Shown one piece after another: positions 60,130 to 64,000 of a stretch of 64,000 nt of DNA; within the stretch, counting starts at the first letter, position 1, and every line of letters begins with the position of its first letter. Source of the DNA: Spirochaetota bacterium (GTDB taxonomy: Bacteria; Spirochaetota; UBA6919; CBDBPB01); contig CBDBPB010000007.1 in the NCBI GenBank assembly GCA_965208615.1, positions 288,001-352,000 of the forward strand, given 5' to 3'. The notes under the pieces were generated by a model. The model was not told where the DNA came from. It saw nothing but the letters and a program-made list of their open reading frames with translations, and ran no database searches. Made by a program: the position numbers and the translations under genes.

Positions 60130-61287
60130 TTAGAATGCAGTATTTAAAATATTATATAGATCATCCTTGGATACAGGTCTTGGTAAGTTTTGCATAAAGC
60201 CATATCCTTTTGCAATTTTTGCTACTTGCATAAAGTTATCTTTTTCAATATTTAATTCACTTAATCTATTTGGAGTCCTTAACTCAGAAAGAAGTTTACG
60301 TATTATTTCTATTGCCTTAATAGCGGCTTCTACAACTGTAATAGAGGTAACCTCTTCTCCAAAAGATTTTGCAATGTTAACATATTTAGTAGCACAAGAC
60401 GTTAAATTAAACTCTAATACATGGGGTAAAAGGATACTAGAGGATAAACCTTGATATAGCCCATAAACAGAGTTTAAAGCAGATGTTAAACTATAGGTAG
60501 CACCAAAACCGCTATTATTAACAGCTATAGATGTAATAATACTACTAGTACAAATGGGACTTTTAAAGCTTACGTTTTCAGGATCTTGTATAGACTTAAT
60601 TAGATTGGCATTTAATAGTTCCACTGCCTTAAGAGCAAGGGCCTCTGCTATTACTGTAACAGACTTGGATATTAATGCCTCTACAGCTAAAGAGAGCAGT
60701 TTAATGCCCATATAGGCACTTACCTTGCCAGATACAAATATTGTTAATCTAGGGTCAAATAAAACAAGGTCTGCGTAGTTATAGGGAGTTTCTACTGATT
60801 TTTTAATGAGATCAAATTTATCAAGAACATAAAATGAATTAGTTAGACCAGGTACAAAACCATAACTAGTAGGGACTTCAATATATGCAATGTTCTTTTT
60901 TGTAGCTTTACGACCTAAAAAATATTCTTCTAATTTACCGCCGTTAGATACAATAAATGATATAGCCTTTGCAATTTCTAGAGTAGTTGTTCCTCCGAAG
61001 CCAACAATGACATCACACTTAGCGTGTCTTGCTTGATCTGCGCCTCTATTGACTATATCGCTATTGGAACTGGTTTGTGAAGTGGAATATACCTGATTAT
61101 ATAATAATACACCATAAGTTTCTTCTTCAATGAGTTTTTTAATTCGTCCGAGATAGCCGGTTTCTTGGCCTACCTGAGCATCAGATACTAAAAAAACTCT
61201 TGATCCATATTTTTTGGTTATTTCTCCAATTCGTTCAATAACCCCTTCACCGAAAACTACTTTAGTTGATACAGAGAATTCAAACAT
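60130..61287 (-). CDS. Iron-containing alcohol dehydrogenase-fold protein (metal ligands degenerate)
   Basis: VVFGEG, GFGGTT..IAKA, VPTS, LFDP, LLPHVLEFN. Confidence 0.75.
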   Translation of the reverse strand: MFEFSVSTKVVFGEGVIERIGEITKKYGSRVFLVSDAQVGQETGYLGRIKKLIEEETYGVLLYNQVYSTSQTSSNSDIVNRGADQARHAKCDVIVGFGGTTTLEIAKAISFIVSNGGKLEEYFLGRKATKKNIAYIEVPTSYGFVPGLTNSFYVLDKFDLIKKSVETPYNYADLVLFDPRLTIFVSGKVSAYMGIKLLSLAVEALISKSVTVIAEALALKAVELLNANLIKSIQDPENVSFKSPICTSSIITSIAVNNSGFGATYSLTSALNSVYGLYQGLSSSILLPHVLEFNLTSCATKYVNIAKSFGEEVTSITVVEAAIKAIEIIRKLLSELRTPNRLSELNIEKDNFMQVAKIAKGYGFMQNLPRPVSKDDLYNILNTAF

Positions 61288-61326
61288 TAAATATTCCCTT
61301 ATTTTTTAGCAATTATGATTAATAAT

Positions 61327-61638
61327 TTAGATAGATTTAATTTTAACGCCAAATGGAGGCTTTAATAGTTTTTCTGCTAACTCATCATAGTTAACATTTT
61401 TTAGATAACTATTATCTTTAAGTTTTTCTTTTACTTCTTTTACTTTATTAAGTCGAACGTCTGGAATATTTTCAAATATTTGTTTGATGCGTTCATCAGC
61501 ACCTTCTCTAGACTTTCTAAGAGCTAATTTAGATAAGCTAACCTGATCATTATTTGTAATTTGTGAAGTTTGCTTTATATTAAAGTTTTTTTTAGGTTTA
61601 AATATTCTCTCGATGAGTCCTATTTTTGCTATATTCAT
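61327..61638 (-). CDS. flgM: Anti-sigma-28 factor FlgM
   Basis: DQVSLS, PDVR..KV..VK.KL...Y..LAEKL; sigma-28 promoter upstream. Confidence 0.75.
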   Translation of the reverse strand: MNIAKIGLIERIFKPKKNFNIKQTSQITNNDQVSLSKLALRKSREGADERIKQIFENIPDVRLNKVKEVKEKLKDNSYLKNVNYDELAEKLLKPPFGVKIKSI

Positions 61639-61786
61639 TTTTTACCCTCTATTACATACTAGTAATGAATTAAAATTGATATATAATTCAAAACAAAAAG
61701 CAAACAAATAAAACTAGTATAATTTTAATATATTTAAAACTATACTCTTAAATAACATTTTACATTTTTTATTATAGTAGTATAAT

Positions 61787-61813
61787 TTATCGACTTTATA
61801 TAAATATTCTTTA
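61787..61813 (-). promoter_or_regulatory. Sigma-28 promoter upstream of flgM
   Basis: Minus strand TAAA-N15-GTCGATAA; one mismatch to TAAA-N15-GCCGATAA. Confidence 0.75.
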
Positions 61814-61819
61814 CTAACT

Positions 61820-62494
61820 TTAAAGAGTATTATCAATTAAAATGGTATATTCTCCTTTTATTTTTATTGTATTTTTTTGTTCATAGAGCTCTATAGCTGT
61901 TCCACGATATATTTCTTCGAATTGTTTTGTTAACTCTCTGGCGATTACAATATTATTTTTTGGATAAATTTTTGCAATTTCTTCTATTAATTTTAGCATT
62001 CTATGTGGTGATTCGTATAAAATAATTACTCCTTCATAAGTTAAGAGGCTGGATAACTTCTTTAGTCTTTTATTTTTTTTTGTAGAAAGAAACCCTATAA
62101 ACTGAAAAGAGTTACTAGGCGTACCACCAATAGATAATAGTGTTAATAATGCTGATGGACCTGGGATTGGAATTACTTTAATTCCCTCACTAACCGCATG
62201 GGATATCAATAAACTTCCAGGATCAGATATACACGGTGTTCCTCTATCGCTTACCAGGGCTAATTCTTTATTATTTTTTAGCATATTTATAATTTTTACA
62301 ACTACTCTTTTTTCGTTATAGGAGTGATAAGAAAATAGTGGTTTTTTTATATTATAATGGTTTAGCAATTTTATAGTATTTCTTTTATCCTCGCATAAGA
62401 TTACATCAACCTCGGATAGGGTTTTAACAGCCCTATAAGTTATATCCTCTAAATTACCTATTGGAGTAGCTACTACATATAGATTACCAGCCAT
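61820..62494 (-). CDS. rsmI: 16S rRNA C1402 2'-O-methyltransferase
   Basis: VATPIGNLEDIT, GTPCISDPG, YESPHR, ARELTK. Confidence 0.95.
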   Translation of the reverse strand: MAGNLYVVATPIGNLEDITYRAVKTLSEVDVILCEDKRNTIKLLNHYNIKKPLFSYHSYNEKRVVVKIINMLKNNKELALVSDRGTPCISDPGSLLISHAVSEGIKVIPIPGPSALLTLLSIGGTPSNSFQFIGFLSTKKNKRLKKLSSLLTYEGVIILYESPHRMLKLIEEIAKIYPKNNIVIARELTKQFEEIYRGTAIELYEQKNTIKIKGEYTILIDNTL

Positions 62495-62509
62495 ATATTT
62501 TACCATTTT

Positions 62510-63262
62510 TTATTTTTTTTTAATTAGTTGCCATTTAACGGCCTTAGCAAAGTCAGTCTTTTCTAGGATAGTGTTATACTTGTCTACTATAATTTTGCCG
62601 TTATATTTTTTAGTATAATTTGAGGTTTCAAATATTCGTATAGGCATTTTTTTTTTATTTAAGCTATAGGAGCTTTTTTTTTCAAATACTATTCTTTCTT
62701 CTTCTACGCCCAAGGTTATGATATTAAAAAACTTATAAGAGGCGGCATCACCTATTTCTTTAAGGTAATGTCTTATTAGGTATTGTTCAACCAAATATGA
62801 GTATATACCATTAGGAGCCCTTATTCTGGACTTTACATCATTTTCTTTAATATAAAAGTATGGGGCATTATAAAAGCCAGAACGAATGGATAGCTTTGGA
62901 GTATCAGATTTATCAGTGAGTTTGTTTATGGTGCTATTAAATGTATACAGTTTAAATTGGCTGTTTGTTACTGAGCTAGTCTTAATTTTCAAAAACTCTA
63001 TTTTGTTATAATTTTTAGATTTCCATTCCATATTTAAAATTGACTCTTTATGATAAAGAATTACATTATTTTTTTTATAACTGTGAACGTTAATCTCTAC
63101 GGTGCCGATTTGTTTTTTATTTTCTTGATTTATTAAAGCATATACGTTATGGAAAGACGGTATAAGGTTAATATTAGTTGATTTAATCTTAATATTTATA
63201 CTTTCTTTTGTGCAGGAGAATAGCAGAATAAATGAGAGAACGACTATAATTATTTGATGCAT
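62510..63262 (-). CDS. Hypothetical lipoprotein
   Basis: Spirochaete-like lipobox LFSC. Confidence 0.65.
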   Translation of the reverse strand: MHQIIIVVLSFILLFSCTKESINIKIKSTNINLIPSFHNVYALINQENKKQIGTVEINVHSYKKNNVILYHKESILNMEWKSKNYNKIEFLKIKTSSVTNSQFKLYTFNSTINKLTDKSDTPKLSIRSGFYNAPYFYIKENDVKSRIRAPNGIYSYLVEQYLIRHYLKEIGDAASYKFFNIITLGVEEERIVFEKKSSYSLNKKKMPIRIFETSNYTKKYNGKIIVDKYNTILEKTDFAKAVKWQLIKKK

Positions 63263-63333
63263 GACATCCTTATCCCTTATAGCTAATTTATTATATTAGG
63301 CTATTATAAAAAGTCTTTTTTACGTAAAACACT

Positions 63334-64000
63334 TTATGAGTTAGATAGTTCAATTAGCTTATCTAGAGTTTTTTTAGCTTTACCAGAGTCAATAACTTTT
63401 TCAGCTTTTGCTATTCCATCCTTTATTGACTCTGAGAATTGGGATATATAAAAGGTAGCGGCTGTATTTAGAACTACAATATCTCTTTTTGGATTCTTTT
63501 TACCGTTTAGAATATCTTTAATTATTTCTGCATTATGTTTTGGACTATTTCCTTTAATATCATTTATATTGCAATAGTTTATTCCATAGTCAGCTGGATC
63601 TAATGTATATGTTTTTATTTTACCGTCAATTAGTTCGGCAACGTTAGTGGTAGTGGTAGTGGTAATTTCATCAAGGCCATCTTTTCCGTGTACTACCATT
63701 GCTCTTTTAGAGTTCATTTTATTAAGGGCGCTAGCAATTGGAACTAAAAGAGAACTGTCATAGACTCCGATTAGATGATGTTTAGCGCCAGCGGGATTAG
63801 TAAGAGGACCAAGGGAGTTAAATATAGTTCTAATAGCTATTTCTTTTCTAGGGGCCATAGCATACTTCATAGCCTTATGGAGGATAGGAGCAAAAAGAAA
63901 TCCTATATTACAGTTAGTAATGCACTTAGTAATAGTGCTAATATTATTTTCTACATTAACTCCGAGTTCTTTTAGTACATCAGCACTACCGCATAAACTA
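63334..64000 (-). CDS. trpD: Anthranilate phosphoribosyltransferase, 5'-truncated by the window
   Basis: Frame stays open to the window edge (CGSADVL..FLFAP.LH.AMK); RTIFN.LGPLTNP, DGLDE. Confidence 0.95.
   Translation of the reverse strand, partial: SLCGSADVLKELGVNVENNISTITKCITNCNIGFLFAPILHKAMKYAMAPRKEIAIRTIFNSLGPLTNPAGAKHHLIGVYDSSLLVPIASALNKMNSKRAMVVHGKDGLDEITTTTTTNVAELIDGKIKTYTLDPADYGINYCNINDIKGNSPKHNAEIIKDILNGKKNPKRDIVVLNTAATFYISQFSESIKDGIAKAEKVIDSGKAKKTLDKLIELSNS

Noticed and set aside
63334-63870. trpD looks truncated at 178 aa
   Set aside because: The frame continues without a stop to the window edge, so it is a window artefact.

Overview
Low-GC chromosomal window from a spirochaete (a spirochaete-type FlaA sheath protein is present). 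It opens with a dissimilatory sulfur locus: the 3' end of dsrM, then dsrKJOP, and after an interruption dsrEFH, a HEAT-repeat gene and dsrABD-dsrL. This pairs reductive-type DsrAB and DsrD with DsrEFH, usually treated as an oxidation marker. The rest is mostly housekeeping: transaldolase, two PFKs, aroC, panB/panD, hemE-N-H-Y, psd-speD-pdaD-speE, uvrA, dprA, gcvT, larBC, flgM, rsmI, trpD and sigma factors. The most unusual signal is non-coding and occurs twice, 41.6 kb apart. Each time, a long tandem array (129/137-bp units at 4.1-5.5 kb; 263-bp units at 45.9-47.1 kb) is followed by the same 304-nt element (about 88% identical by hand count). The element folds into nested helices whose substitutions keep pairing through G-U on the + strand. 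It is followed by a degenerate inverted copy of the array unit. I do not recognise this array + structured RNA + inverted arm module as a known element. All alignments and folds were done by eye.
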